64,000 nt of DNA from Patescibacteria group bacterium (GCA_025999275.1 AP024680.1:684522-748521); one strand, 5' to 3'; shown: positions 18,164 to 28,491, numbered from the stretch's first letter. The notes: generated from the letters alone by a model not told the origin. Made by a program: numbers and translations.

Positions 18164-19081
18164 TTATTTATCAATCAGTTTCCTAAAACGCCAGTACTCC
18201 ATTAGACGAAGACCTGTATATTTACCAACCAAAAAATCAGCAACAAAAACCAAAAGTAAAAATACTTCTGGATTCAAAAGTGCAAAATAACGAAGCGGCT
18301 CAAAAGTTAAAAGCAAATAAGAAAGAAGAGCCAAAATTAAGGTCTCAGTTGTTAAATCAATAGCTGTTCTAATACTTTTACCCGTTTGGATTCTTGAAAA
18401 ATCCTCAGCCAAAAGAACAAGTATAAGAACAGGAAAAATAGAAATATTAGCCAAATCAGGCTGTTTAATAACAGGTGCCAAGAAGATAACCCCCAAAACA
18501 CCTATTACTACAAACCACAAAACCATCGCCATCCTTGGCAAATACTGGAGTTTTATTTTAAGTTTACGGGTAATCATCCTAAAAGCTGTTGAGAAAACAA
18601 TCATTACAACAAAAATAACCACTCCCAAGACAGGACCCGTAGCTATTAAGGCAACAGATAAGGCGGCGGGCATAAAAATTCCAAACCCACGAAGGCCAAT
18701 TAGATGCCTTGAGGCGGAAATAAAAGCGGCAACAGCAGGAAGAAGAAGCAAAAGCACAATTGTGTTAGCAGGAACACCGGCTGAAACTGCGTTTCTGATA
18801 GCATATTTGATAAAATTAAAGGGCCAAACTGGACCAACTTTTTGAGCCGATAAAGCCTTCTCCAGTGGACCAACTGATTCTTCTGTTTTTTGAGTAATAT
18901 CAACCTTGGGTTGTGGAGTTGGAGTAACCTCAACAGTTGGGCTTGGTTCAAGGGTGGGTGAAGCAAAAGGAGTAGCCAGCTTTATCTTTTGTGTACCCTG
19001 CCCCAAAGAAACCTTAGGAACAAAGAAAGAAAACAATAAGAGTAAAAACAAAATGGACGCAAAAAATCTCCTAGCCTTCAT
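18164..19081 (-). CDS. Multi-pass (about 6-7 TM) membrane protein, candidate partner of the ATP-grasp/protease gene
   Basis: 305 aa with a signal/TM N-terminus, a Pro/Thr linker and then repeated hydrophobic helices. It lies immediately upstream of 16857-18137 on the same strand. Confidence 0.55.
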   Translation of the reverse strand: MKARRFFASILFLLLLFSFFVPKVSLGQGTQKIKLATPFASPTLEPSPTVEVTPTPQPKVDITQKTEESVGPLEKALSAQKVGPVWPFNFIKYAIRNAVSAGVPANTIVLLLLLPAVAAFISASRHLIGLRGFGIFMPAALSVALIATGPVLGVVIFVVMIVFSTAFRMITRKLKIKLQYLPRMAMVLWFVVIGVLGVIFLAPVIKQPDLANISIFPVLILVLLAEDFSRIQTGKSIRTAIDLTTETLILALLSYLLLTFEPLRYFALLNPEVFLLLVFVADFLVGKYTGLRLMEYWRFRKLIDK

Positions 19082-19589
19082 AATTGTTTGTATTATACCT
19101 CAAATCAAACAAATAATCATTTAGTTAGATATGAATTATGAATATGGGTATGGGGTATGGGAAATATAATTCAAAATTCCTACCTAACGGCAGGCAGGCA
19201 AAGTTACCAGCCCTAGGCTGTTTGGTCTTGGGCCAAAAAATTAAAAGTTATAAAAATAATTTCTAAATTCTAATATCTAACTTCTAAACAAATTCTAGTT
19301 TTTCAATTTCACCAAATCACAAACAAACAATAATTTGTTTTTTTAAAGATAAATAATTAAATATTGCTTAGGATTTACAAATTAGGATTTAGGATTTCTA
19401 ATAAATATTTCATAAAAACCTTTGACTTTTGAATTTTAACCTTTGAATTATTTTTATTCATAATTCTTATAATTCTTAAATCTTAAATTATAAATCTTAA
19501 ATCTATATTCCTTTTCATTACCACAAGTTTATTTGGGATCTAAAGATCAACGGTCGAAGGATAGTAAAACTCTGATTTCTATATAGCAG

Positions 19590-19674
19590 TGGGCAAGGAG
19601 GGATTCGAACCCTCACGATGCTTTCGCACCACAAGTTTTTGAGACTTGCCTGTCTACCGTTCCAGCACTTGCCC
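19590..19674 (-). tRNA. tRNA-Leu (anticodon CAA)
   Basis: Reverse complement reads gggcaag..; anticodon stem caagt/acttg with loop ctCAAaa; long variable arm tggtgcgaaagcatc; T arm gaggg-ttcgaat-ccctc; acceptor cttgccc. Extended -10 TGtGATAAAAT upstream. Confidence 0.9.
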
Positions 19675-19882
19675 TCTTTGCAATATTTTATCACACTTTA
19701 CCTCGCAATTTAAAACAGCAGGAAAAACACTTAATTATTTATTAAGATAATCACCACAAAAGGAACAAAAACAGCCCAAAATTAATAATTAAAAAACAAA
19801 AGAATAAAGCAGAAACGTTTTTGACTACAGGAAACATTTAATTAATTGACAAAACAAAAAATAACCTTTATTCTAAAAACAA

Positions 19883-21028
19883 ATGCCCAATCAATATCCA
19901 AACCCATCAAATGAACCAACACAAGTAAGCGCAGATGAAATTGCTCTTAATTCTTCTGTTTCTATTAAACCACCAGATAGCGCATCTTTCAATCAAGAAC
20001 CACAAAACAACATCAACACCACTTCCTTTCCCCCACAAAATTCAGATAGCAATGGCAACAACAGCATAAAGAATAAAAAATCGCATACCAAAACAATTGT
20101 AGCTTCTATACTAGGAATTCTTTTACTTGCTGGTGGTGTTGGCGCTGGAACATTTTTGGTTAAACAAAGACAAGATATTAGAGAAAAAGCTGCACTACCC
20201 ACATGCGAACAAGAGGGAGGAAAATGTGTACCAGAATCCTATTATTGCACTGAAGGTAGTACAAGCGAATTTAGGTGTCCTACTGGTAAAAAATGTGGAT
20301 TCGGAGATTGTAGTCTACCCAAATCAACCCCTTCACCAATAAAAACAACAGAACCTAAACCAGAACCAACCAACCCGCCTTCGCTCTGCAACAGAGTTCC
20401 AACAAACCAAATAAGAAAAGAGTGGGGAAACACATTAACAATAACACAAGAAGATATCAATAAATGTAAAGCCGCCTGTCCAGATGGAGTAATCTGGGTA
20501 TCAAAATATAAGTGTGATGGTATAAACCTATCACAAGGATGCCAAGATAATGGAACCGTGCTAACATGGAACGCAAAAGCAGGTGACAGTTTTTCTGTTG
20601 GCACTTTAGATTGTGGCACAGTCCAAATAGATGCCGGGTGCAAAAATAGTGCAAACACTTATGGAAATGTTGCTTATCTTTCCACTTCTGCCAATGTGCC
20701 GTGTAATACCCCTGCCCCAACAAATCCTCCAATAGAAGAAACAACTCAGTGCTTAAACTTGAAAGTTTATGACACCAACTGGAACATTATCCCAAATAAC
20801 CTATTATCACAACTAAAACCTGGAGACAAAATCAGATTTGCCGCTAGTGGATCACCAGCAAACAAAATCGATAAAGCTAAATTTACAATAAATGGAGTTG
20901 AGACTCTCGAAATATCAAACAAAAAACCTGGTTCTGATGAATTCTATACTGAATACGAAATACCATCAGGTGTAAGAAGTTTCACAGTAACAGTAAAATT
21001 ACATCACATAACCTTGGGTTGGTTCTAA
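19883..21028 (+). CDS. Hypothetical membrane-anchored Cys-rich extracellular protein
   Basis: 381 aa. N-terminal low-complexity region, TM (IVASILGILLLAGGVGAG), then a domain with more than 20 Cys. Confidence 0.5.
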   Translation: MPNQYPNPSNEPTQVSADEIALNSSVSIKPPDSASFNQEPQNNINTTSFPPQNSDSNGNNSIKNKKSHTKTIVASILGILLLAGGVGAGTFLVKQRQDIREKAALPTCEQEGGKCVPESYYCTEGSTSEFRCPTGKKCGFGDCSLPKSTPSPIKTTEPKPEPTNPPSLCNRVPTNQIRKEWGNTLTITQEDINKCKAACPDGVIWVSKYKCDGINLSQGCQDNGTVLTWNAKAGDSFSVGTLDCGTVQIDAGCKNSANTYGNVAYLSTSANVPCNTPAPTNPPIEETTQCLNLKVYDTNWNIIPNNLLSQLKPGDKIRFAASGSPANKIDKAKFTINGVETLEISNKKPGSDEFYTEYEIPSGVRSFTVTVKLHHITLGWF

Positions 21029-21037
21029 CTTTTAAAG

Positions 21038-21547
21038 ATGGAAAAAAATAAAACAAAAATAACAATAGCAATAATTGGAATGCTTATATTGGCAAGTATT
21101 GCCATATTTATGGCAATAAGACTCTACCAATTAAGACAGTCTAGCGTCTCCCCAAATGCACCAGAAAGCAAACCAGAAGCAGCAGGCAACAATACAATTT
21201 CTTGCTCTACCCTCACATTTTCAATTTCAACACCCACCCCAACACCAACATCTACCCCAACCTTGACAAATACTCCAAGACCAACAAATTCTCCTACTCC
21301 CACAATAACACCAACTCCTACTTCAAGTGTTGTTCCCACAATAACACCAACTCCTACTTCAAGTATAAGACCCACAAACACTGCTACCCCAACTCCCACA
21401 AGAACACCAATCGTTCCAACTTCTATTAATCAACCAACTCCAACTCTAGAAGCCTCTCTCCCTGAAGCCGGAGTGTCTTGGCCAACTATCCTAGGTGTAG
21501 CTGGAGGTGCAATAATGCTGATTATATCATTGCTACTTGCCTTATAA
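21038..21547 (+). CDS. Pro/Thr-rich surface protein with C-terminal LPEAG + hydrophobic tail (sortase-signal-like)
   Basis: 169 aa. N-terminal TM, long (T/P)n linker, C-terminus [30 protein letters not shown]. Confidence 0.45.
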   Translation: MEKNKTKITIAIIGMLILASIAIFMAIRLYQLRQSSVSPNAPESKPEAAGNNTISCSTLTFSISTPTPTPTSTPTLTNTPRPTNSPTPTITPTPTSSVVPTITPTPTSSIRPTNTATPTPTRTPIVPTSINQPTPTLEASLPEAGVSWPTILGVAGGAIMLIISLLLAL

Positions 21548-21565
21548 GGGAGTATTTATTTTCTT

Positions 21566-22867
21566 TTAAGCAACTCTCTCCTTCAAAGCTTTATAGTACT
21601 TCTCTAAATAATCAAAAGCTAAATCCCAATGTTCCTCACCCATTCCAGAAAGAGCTTTGTTTCTCTCCATTTCAGCCAAAACTCGCAGATGAGCCGCCTT
21701 GTCAAATTGATATCTTGAGATTCTATATTCCTCAGCCAAAAGATCTTTAACCACATCTTCCGCCTCAACCGCACCAACAGGATCGGCAGTACTGTTAATC
21801 TTCTGCCATTTTTTAATTTGCAATGAAGTTACAAGATCAGGTTCAAAGGCAAGCTTTAAATTCTTTTTGATAAGTTTATAAAAGCGCTTTAAAGGTCTTT
21901 TTGCTGCCTCCCATTCATGTTTGTCCCCGCTTATCAAAGCTTCAACCAAATGTTTTGCCGCCTCTTTGGCTAATTTCTTAGAAATACCATATTGTTCTTT
22001 CAAGTATTCGATCACAAAATCACGAAATCTCATACCCTGTGGCACTTTTGAAAGCCTCCACCAAGAAAGTTCAAGTTTAGCAACTACTTCAGGCCGAAAG
22101 GTAAAATGACGCTCTTTGTCATTTCCCCCAAATCTTCTTCTGCGACGAGAATAATCAATAATTGCATCTTTTAGCTTTTCAGGAGTAAAATCTGGCAGAT
22201 GCTCCTGTTCAAAATAATATTCAGCATAAACCATCTGCCAGGGTAAATAACCGCTTGTTCTTTGCTCACCTGAAGTCCTAATAAACAAATCAGGATACGG
22301 ATAAGGCTGGTTTTTTGTATCAAGATAAGAGGCAAAAAGCTCCTCGTCTATTTCTTCAGGAGGAATCTTGTCAGAGACAATAGCCCTAACAGCGCGCAAT
22401 ATTTCATCTCTTCCTCCATAATCAAGAGCCAAATTCAATATATTTTTATCAAAATGAGCGGTTTCTTTTTCTATTTTTTCAAGAAGAGAGGCAACATCTT
22501 TAGGGAACCTATCTTTTCTTCCTAAATGGACTAGTCGAATCTTTTCCTCCTTAGCCTCCTTAAGAAACTCTTTCAAACCTATTCTAAGAATATCTAAAAT
22601 TGCATCAATTTCCTCTTTGGGGCGAGACCAATTTTCAGTAGAAAAAGCCCAAATAGTAAATGTATGAACGCCCATTTCGCGAGCAGCTTTGGCAACTCTT
22701 TTAATCGCCTCATAACCAGCCTTATGCCCTTCCCATGGCTTAAGACCACGACAGCGCGCCCAACGACGGTTCCCATCCAAAATCATTGCAATATGATCCG
22801 GAACTTTAGTACCCTTAGGCAAACTTAAATCAAATTTGTCTAATCCAATTTTCATCTTTAAAACCAC
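21566..22867 (-). CDS. uppS: Isoprenyl transferase (undecaprenyl-diphosphate synthase family) with ~190-aa C-terminal extension
   Basis: HIAMILDGNRRWA, FSTENWSRP, LDYGGRDEI motifs occupy the first ~240 aa. The ORF then continues 190 aa with no recognised domain. Confidence 0.8.
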   Translation of the reverse strand: MVLKMKIGLDKFDLSLPKGTKVPDHIAMILDGNRRWARCRGLKPWEGHKAGYEAIKRVAKAAREMGVHTFTIWAFSTENWSRPKEEIDAILDILRIGLKEFLKEAKEEKIRLVHLGRKDRFPKDVASLLEKIEKETAHFDKNILNLALDYGGRDEILRAVRAIVSDKIPPEEIDEELFASYLDTKNQPYPYPDLFIRTSGEQRTSGYLPWQMVYAEYYFEQEHLPDFTPEKLKDAIIDYSRRRRRFGGNDKERHFTFRPEVVAKLELSWWRLSKVPQGMRFRDFVIEYLKEQYGISKKLAKEAAKHLVEALISGDKHEWEAAKRPLKRFYKLIKKNLKLAFEPDLVTSLQIKKWQKINSTADPVGAVEAEDVVKDLLAEEYRISRYQFDKAAHLRVLAEMERNKALSGMGEEHWDLAFDYLEKYYKALKERVA

Positions 22868-22931
22868 GCTAATAATTATAGCACGACAATAAAAAAGTTA
22901 TCTAAATAAAAACTTTACTGCGTAGAAAATT

Positions 22932-23924
22932 TTAATTGGGTAAGGAAACATTTATTTCCCAAGAAGGAATCCAAAGATCCTTGAAATCAATTCCCTCTTT
23001 AATTCCAACTGGATTTAGGCCCCTTTCAATAAGACCTTTAATAATTTTTTCAACAGCCAAAACATCACAATAACGCGTAGAGTGGCTAAGAACTATATCC
23101 CCATTTCTGGCACCTTTTACAACCCTAGAGACAGTTTTCTCAATCCCATCAAGACCGCCGCTTTCCAAACTCCAAATAACTGTTTGCATACCAAAGCAAG
23201 AGGCTACATCTACCACCATATTATTCCTACTCCCATACGGAGGTCTAAAAAAACGAACCTGATAGCCCGGCAAAATGTCCCAAGAAACCTCAAGAAAATG
23301 GCGAAGTTGCTCATAAACACCCTGTCTACCAAGCGAAGTCAACTCATCATGATTCCAACCATGACACCCTAAATCAAGACCTTTTGCCACAATCTCTCTG
23401 ACAATATCAGGATGCCTTTCTAACCACTCTCCTGTTATAAAAAAGGTGGCCTTAGCATTATATAGATTTAGTGCTTCCAATATCTGTCTAATGTTTTCTT
23501 CCTTTCCTCCATCATCATAAGTCAACATCACAACCGGCCGAGAAGTGTCACCTTTACTAATTACATGTTTTCTTAAAAATTCTTTATCCTCTTTGGTTAT
23601 AAGCGACAAATACTCATTAAGTGAATAACCTTCTAAACTAAAAATAAAATTCTGTTCGCTATTCTCAGAAGTTAAGTCTTTTGCTTCAATTGTTGTTTCT
23701 GTTGGAGTCAAAGTTTGTGTTGATGTTTTTGTGGGAGCAACTGTCGAGGTAGAAGTATTGTTAGGTTTAGGTGTTTCAGTAGAAATAGGATCACCTGTTT
23801 CAGCTGTTGAAGAAATTGATTCTAATGATTTATCAAGACCACAGGAAGCAGCACCCAAAGCAAGAAGTCCTAATCCCGCTTTTTTCAAGAATTCTCTTCT
23901 ACTAATTTTCCTTTCTGTACTCAC
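22932..23924 (-). CDS. Tat-signal lipoprotein with polysaccharide deacetylase (CE4/NodB) domain
   Basis: Shared N-terminal module (V)STERKISRREFLKKAGLGLLALGAASCG. C-terminal LTYDDGG...HGWNHD motifs of NodB-type deacetylases. Start taken as GTG 23924, as in the paralogs. Confidence 0.65.
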   Translation of the reverse strand: MSTERKISRREFLKKAGLGLLALGAASCGLDKSLESISSTAETGDPISTETPKPNNTSTSTVAPTKTSTQTLTPTETTIEAKDLTSENSEQNFIFSLEGYSLNEYLSLITKEDKEFLRKHVISKGDTSRPVVMLTYDDGGKEENIRQILEALNLYNAKATFFITGEWLERHPDIVREIVAKGLDLGCHGWNHDELTSLGRQGVYEQLRHFLEVSWDILPGYQVRFFRPPYGSRNNMVVDVASCFGMQTVIWSLESGGLDGIEKTVSRVVKGARNGDIVLSHSTRYCDVLAVEKIIKGLIERGLNPVGIKEGIDFKDLWIPSWEINVSLPN

Positions 23925-23934
23925 AGTAACTGGT

Positions 23935-23963
23935 ATTATAGGATATTTATCAAATCCAATCAA
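23935..23963 (-). promoter_or_regulatory. TTGATT-17-TATAAT promoter, 10 nt upstream of the GTG start (near-leaderless)
   Basis: Minus-strand read: ttgatt ggatttgataaatatcc tataat accagttact GTG. The same arrangement occurs at 34057-34085 and 35407-35435 for the paralogs. Confidence 0.5.
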
Positions 23964-24001
23964 GAGGATGCAAAAGTTTTTTATAATAAATAATAAAGCC
24001 T

Positions 24002-24544
24002 CTACCTTCTCTCAAGGATTAAGACACAATTGTGGGTTATAAAACTACAACTACTATCTATGCAGGAACCTTCAAAAGCAAGTTTGTCTTTTCCATTACT
24101 ATTTTTTAAAAACTCTAAAACCTTTTCAAATAACTCTGTCCTTTGTATAAAATCCTTACCTTCAGGTAATTGATAACTAGAAAAGACAATATTTTCACAA
24201 GCTATATTACTATTAAAAATTTCTCCTTTTAAGTTCTCGGGAGAAATCACTCTTAAAGAAAGTGCAGTATTATCGTTCTGAACCCCCAAAATCTCAAATC
24301 TTAAAACATCGTCCATACCAATTTGATTCTCGGAAGATGGGGGCTGTGTACCTTGAGAATATTGAATGTTTTGAGAAGATTCTTCTTTTTTAACCAATTG
24401 AGTATTATTAGAGCTCTCCCCCTCACCCCTATTAGTTCCTAGTGAATTATTGTTCTTCTTTAGATTAAAATACAAAAACAACTCTCCCACCACAATCAAA
24501 AACAATGAAAAAAATAAAGCTATTAAAATAAAGTTTTTCTTCAT
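24002..24544 (-). CDS. Small secreted 4-Cys protein (paralog of 32403-32972)
   Basis: 180 aa. N-terminal TM, Ser/Gln-rich linker, C-terminal domain I.C...ELFxK..FL.....L.F.G.C.D..C..I...C.L shared with the paralog. Confidence 0.5.
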   Translation of the reverse strand: MKKNFILIALFFSLFLIVVGELFLYFNLKKNNNSLGTNRGEGESSNNTQLVKKEESSQNIQYSQGTQPPSSENQIGMDDVLRFEILGVQNDNTALSLRVISPENLKGEIFNSNIACENIVFSSYQLPEGKDFIQRTELFEKVLEFLKNSNGKDKLAFEGSCIDSSCSFITHNCVLILERR

Positions 24545-24715
24545 TTACAATAAAGTTTAGTATTATAAATAATAATTTACAATGTTAATAGCCAAAATTG
24601 CAATAACTTCAAAGATAGATATCTTTCTTTTAAACCATCACCCTGCATAATTTCATATCTCAAAAAGACAATCGGAAAAAATCAAAATTAAAAACTTACA
24701 AATTTATATTCATTA

Positions 24716-26318
24716 TTTCCCTCTTCTTTAATAAAAGATTGTTTTAATTAATTTAATATAGGAGGAGTTGGTCCTGGAATAAAACCTCCTGGTGGTAGAG
24801 TTGGAGCTACGGGCACATCTGGAGGAAGAGTCGGTCTAGGAGTTGGTGTTGCTGGAGAAATTTCTTGGGGATTGGTTTCTCTCCAGTTGAACCTTCTTTC
24901 TTTAAGACTATTTGGTATTTGAAAAACAAAAGATGGATTAAAATTAAACACCTCAGATGGGTTGTTGTTGTCTGTAAGAGATCTTTGTAGTCTCACTCCT
25001 GAAAGAGAAACTACAGAACCATTAACATTAAGGGCAAAAGTATCCTGTCTTGAACCTAAAGTGCCTGTATTAAATGTTCCATTGGTTAGATAAATTCCTG
25101 ATATTGAAGAAACACTGGGGGAAATACTAATATTACCACTTGTTATAAACATTAAGAAATTGTTGCTGTTAACATTAATATTTGAATTTATGTTCAAATT
25201 TCCATCTACGAAGATTACATACCTTCCGCTTGAGATATTTATAGGACCATTGATAGTTAGACTACCTTGATTTAGACTATTCTTTTTGATTAGATACCAA
25301 GAATAGTTGTCACTGGTTGATATTGAGGGATTACCAAGATTGCTAAGAGAAGTTATGGATATATTACCTGATGTTACACCTACATTATTATTTTCCCAAT
25401 CATTTTTTACTCCTGATGGGACACGATTAAAGAAATAATTGTAATTAAAATTACTAAAAGATGAAATATCAGTATTAACAAGCCAACCGGTTTCAGAGAC
25501 TCTTCCAGCACCAAAAGAGAAAGATCCAGAATATACAGGAATACCAGGGGTAATAGCTCCTACTCTAAGATTAAAGTAGGTAGTTTGAGTGGGCAAAATA
25601 GATGAAATATTACCTCTTGTTATTACATCAGCGTTGTTAACCTGCCACCAAGAGCGAGGAATTATAGTTACATTCCCAGTTGCTTGACAGGTAAAACTAG
25701 GATTGGATGAAACAGTAGCAATTGCATTATATGTATAAGTACCTGTACCAGTTGTTGCTGTAACAGTAGTTGTAAAAGGAGATGTGGAAGTTGTTGAGGG
25801 ATTAAAGCTTAAAGCAGAAGAGTTGGAAGGAGTAAAAGATATTCTTGATATGTTCCCCACCAAATTAATTACTTGAGGAGGTGTCAAAATAGATGGCGTA
25901 ATTGTTCTAGAATCACCTAATCCATTAAGGGTTATGCTACCAACTGAAATTTGACAAGGTAAAAAGTAATGCCACCAAAGATCAGTATATCCATTAGCAG
26001 GAGAATTAACATTAACAGAAGAACCAACTGTAGGAGGATTACCATGACAATTGGTGGCGTTATAACATAAAGTATAACCTACAGCATATCCTGAAGGAAC
26101 TGAGACACTAACTGTATGATTTCCAACCACATTAGTACCAACAAAATAGTAAGGATTATTGGTATTAGGAGAACCGCCATCCAAATATACTGTTTGAGAG
26201 GAAGCCGGAGATGCAGCTGCATTACCAGGATAAATTACCTTGTAACCTTGAATGGTTGATGTTGGAGGAGGAGGTGTAGGTGTAGGGTCTGGTTGGCTTC
26301 CGCCTCCCCCACCACCAC
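24716..26318. repeat. Copy 1 of a ~1.6-kb near-identical direct repeat (partner at 30472-32096)
   Basis: Identical by eye from tttccctcttctttaataaaag to ggcttccgcctcccccaccaccac, apart from one synonymous change (gatgtgg vs gacgtgg near 25781/31539) and an 18-bp indel in the Pro/Thr-linker repeats. Confidence 0.9.
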
Positions 26319-26649
26319 AATCACAAGCAACAACTTGTGTATCACGAATATATCCATCACAACAAACCTGATTTTTATAACAACCGGGCGGCCTTACATT
26401 ATCATAATAAAGACATGGACCATTATCACACCAATTAGTACAACTATTGCTAACCGACCATGCACAAACGGGAGGGTCAACACTCCTATTACAAGTATAA
26501 GTACAATGACTATAACCATCACAACAAGATGCGCAATCGCTATAAGAAGAACAATAATAAGAGCATGCTGCTAAAGACAAAGAAGAAAAACTAAAAGAAA
26601 ATAAATAAAAACAAACAAATATGAGACAGAAATATAAAAACTTACGCAT
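24748..26649 (-). CDS. Large secreted surface protein: variable Cys-rich N-domain + conserved Ser/Thr/Asn-rich beta-rich domain + Pro-rich tail
   Basis: 633 aa. Signal peptide, ~85-aa domain with ~18 Cys, G6-SQPxPTP linker, then ~520 aa identical to the paralog 30504-32393 (NISITS/NGNISISP-type repeats suggest a beta-helix), ending PATPTPRPTLPPDVPVAPTLPPGG. Confidence 0.6.
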   Translation of the reverse strand: MRKFLYFCLIFVCFYLFSFSFSSLSLAACSYYCSSYSDCASCCDGYSHCTYTCNRSVDPPVCAWSVSNSCTNWCDNGPCLYYDNVRPPGCYKNQVCCDGYIRDTQVVACDCGGGGGGSQPDPTPTPPPPTSTIQGYKVIYPGNAAASPASSQTVYLDGGSPNTNNPYYFVGTNVVGNHTVSVSVPSGYAVGYTLCYNATNCHGNPPTVGSSVNVNSPANGYTDLWWHYFLPCQISVGSITLNGLGDSRTITPSILTPPQVINLVGNISRISFTPSNSSALSFNPSTTSTSPFTTTVTATTGTGTYTYNAIATVSSNPSFTCQATGNVTIIPRSWWQVNNADVITRGNISSILPTQTTYFNLRVGAITPGIPVYSGSFSFGAGRVSETGWLVNTDISSFSNFNYNYFFNRVPSGVKNDWENNNVGVTSGNISITSLSNLGNPSISTSDNYSWYLIKKNSLNQGSLTINGPINISSGRYVIFVDGNLNINSNINVNSNNFLMFITSGNISISPSVSSISGIYLTNGTFNTGTLGSRQDTFALNVNGSVVSLSGVRLQRSLTDNNNPSEVFNFNPSFVFQIPNSLKERRFNWRETNPQEISPATPTPRPTLPPDVPVAPTLPPGGFIPGPTPPILN

Positions 26650-26706
26650 GAAAGTTGCAAGATCAGCTTATTACAAGAAAATTTTATAGTCAATAGTCAA
26701 ATGAAG

Positions 26707-28356
26707 CTAATTTTTGGGTTTAATATCTCTTTGACGAAAAGGATTCCAAGGAGAAATAAATGCTAAAAGCAGCTGATTTCCTAATTCTTCTGGAGCCTTA
26801 TTTTCATTAAACCATTGTTGACAAAGAGTTCTTCTTTTTTGCACCTCTTCTTCATTCCGGTAATGTGTATTTATCATATACCCTTCGTACCTATTATAAT
26901 CATACCAATTATATGTTTTTCCATTATAAGCTGGCGAAACACCAATTAAAGGGTCAATCCTAACTTTAAAATTAGCCAGGGCAGAAACCATATTTAAAAC
27001 AAAAGGATCTTCGTAATTCTCAAAAGCAAAATGCAATATTGAAATACTTTTGTCTGGATTAAGAAAAGCAACTCCATATACTAAAAGTCTTGTTTCAGAA
27101 TCTACATCAACAAAGGATAAAGATAGAAGTCTAAAAGGAACAGCTTCAGGGTGATCAAGAAAGTAATCAGATATAATAGGATCGCCTGTAACAGGATCAG
27201 GAAGAAGAGCATGGATCCCTTCTATAAAACTATAATCATAATAATCCATGAGGTTTGGGGGTATTGTAGATTCAGTAAAAGGAGGAATTTTACCCTCCTC
27301 CATTAATTGTCTTTCTCTTTTAAGAAGCCTGCCTGAGGTAATGTCTTCTAATGAAATTGTAGGGATTTCTTTAAGATGTTCACCGAGCCTCCAATTACCA
27401 GATTCTATTCCACTGAAATTGTAAAATACTTCAAGAGGAACTTCTGTAGGAGTTGGTGTTTCTGTTGGTCTTGGTGTTGGAGTAAGTGTAGGAATGGGGG
27501 TAGGGATTTCAATAGTTACTGTTGGAGTAACGGTTGTAATATCTGGTGTAACAACTGCAGATGAAGCTTCTTGAGACTGGTTTTGATAAATAGTGGTTGA
27601 CTTTTCAACTATTGCAGGAGGTTGAGATAAAGGAACACATCCTGATAATACAGATGAAACAACTGAGGCTGCAAGAAGAACTCTTCGAGGATTTCTTTTT
27701 CCATCTTTTTCTTCCTCTGGTATTGCAAAATGAGCTATTCCTCTTCCTCCTTCTGTTGAAAGCTTTTCTCGATGAGAGACTATTTTATTTACTGCCCTTT
27801 GTAAATTGCATAATTCTCTTGACAAGGCTTGCGGGTCAACTTTTCTTTCTTGTTGATAACTTGATAAAAGTAAATTCAATATTCTAGAAACACCTTTTTT
27901 GTAATCAACTCTAATGATTCCCTCAATCTCTCCTAAATGCCTTTTGTCATCAGGATTATCACCCCAAGGTTTTCCATTCATTCCCTCAATTCCAACAACA
28001 CCAACAGTTAATTTTATTTTCTTTCCATCAACAATATTAGATTTAGATTTGTTAAATGATTCTAAAGCTCTACCAATTCTTCGCCCCAGAAGATAATCTA
28101 TTTCTTCTTTTGTGTAAACTTCATGAAGATAACTTGATCTTTCAGACTTAGTACTCCTTTTGGATTCAGCATCTTGATCTTCTTTGGGCAAACCCGCTAA
28201 ACCTCGAAGAAAAGGCTTTATTCTGCTTAAATCACCTCTTTTTTCTCCCCCTTGTTTTTCATTTTCAATTGAATTTAAGACATCAATAGCCCAATTGGAG
28301 ATTTCACTTGATCTTCCACCTGCTTCCAAACCATTTTTGATTAATTCTATTGACAT
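26707..28356 (-). CDS. Hypothetical bitopic membrane protein (cytoplasmic N-domain, TM, Thr/Pro linker, extracellular domain)
   Basis: 549 aa. TM at RRVLLAASVVSSVLSGCV. No family recognised. Confidence 0.5.
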   Translation of the reverse strand: MSIELIKNGLEAGGRSSEISNWAIDVLNSIENEKQGGEKRGDLSRIKPFLRGLAGLPKEDQDAESKRSTKSERSSYLHEVYTKEEIDYLLGRRIGRALESFNKSKSNIVDGKKIKLTVGVVGIEGMNGKPWGDNPDDKRHLGEIEGIIRVDYKKGVSRILNLLLSSYQQERKVDPQALSRELCNLQRAVNKIVSHREKLSTEGGRGIAHFAIPEEEKDGKRNPRRVLLAASVVSSVLSGCVPLSQPPAIVEKSTTIYQNQSQEASSAVVTPDITTVTPTVTIEIPTPIPTLTPTPRPTETPTPTEVPLEVFYNFSGIESGNWRLGEHLKEIPTISLEDITSGRLLKRERQLMEEGKIPPFTESTIPPNLMDYYDYSFIEGIHALLPDPVTGDPIISDYFLDHPEAVPFRLLSLSFVDVDSETRLLVYGVAFLNPDKSISILHFAFENYEDPFVLNMVSALANFKVRIDPLIGVSPAYNGKTYNWYDYNRYEGYMINTHYRNEEEVQKRRTLCQQWFNENKAPEELGNQLLLAFISPWNPFRQRDIKPKN

Positions 28357-28491
28357 AGATTAAATAAAAGCAGTGTTTATATAGCTATTAGATACTATTA
28401 TAGGCTAATATTAAAAATTGTCAATACCGCCACAAGTATAATTAAACTATCAAAAGCAAACACCACTATTACTTATCCTTAATCACCAAAA

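Noticed and set aside
26293-26574. Plus-strand ORFs inside the repeated surface-protein genes (26293-26574, 32054-32263, 31991-32296 and others)
   Set aside because: They are antisense or alternate-frame products of Thr/Asn/Ile-rich repeats and are duplicated only because the underlying DNA is duplicated.
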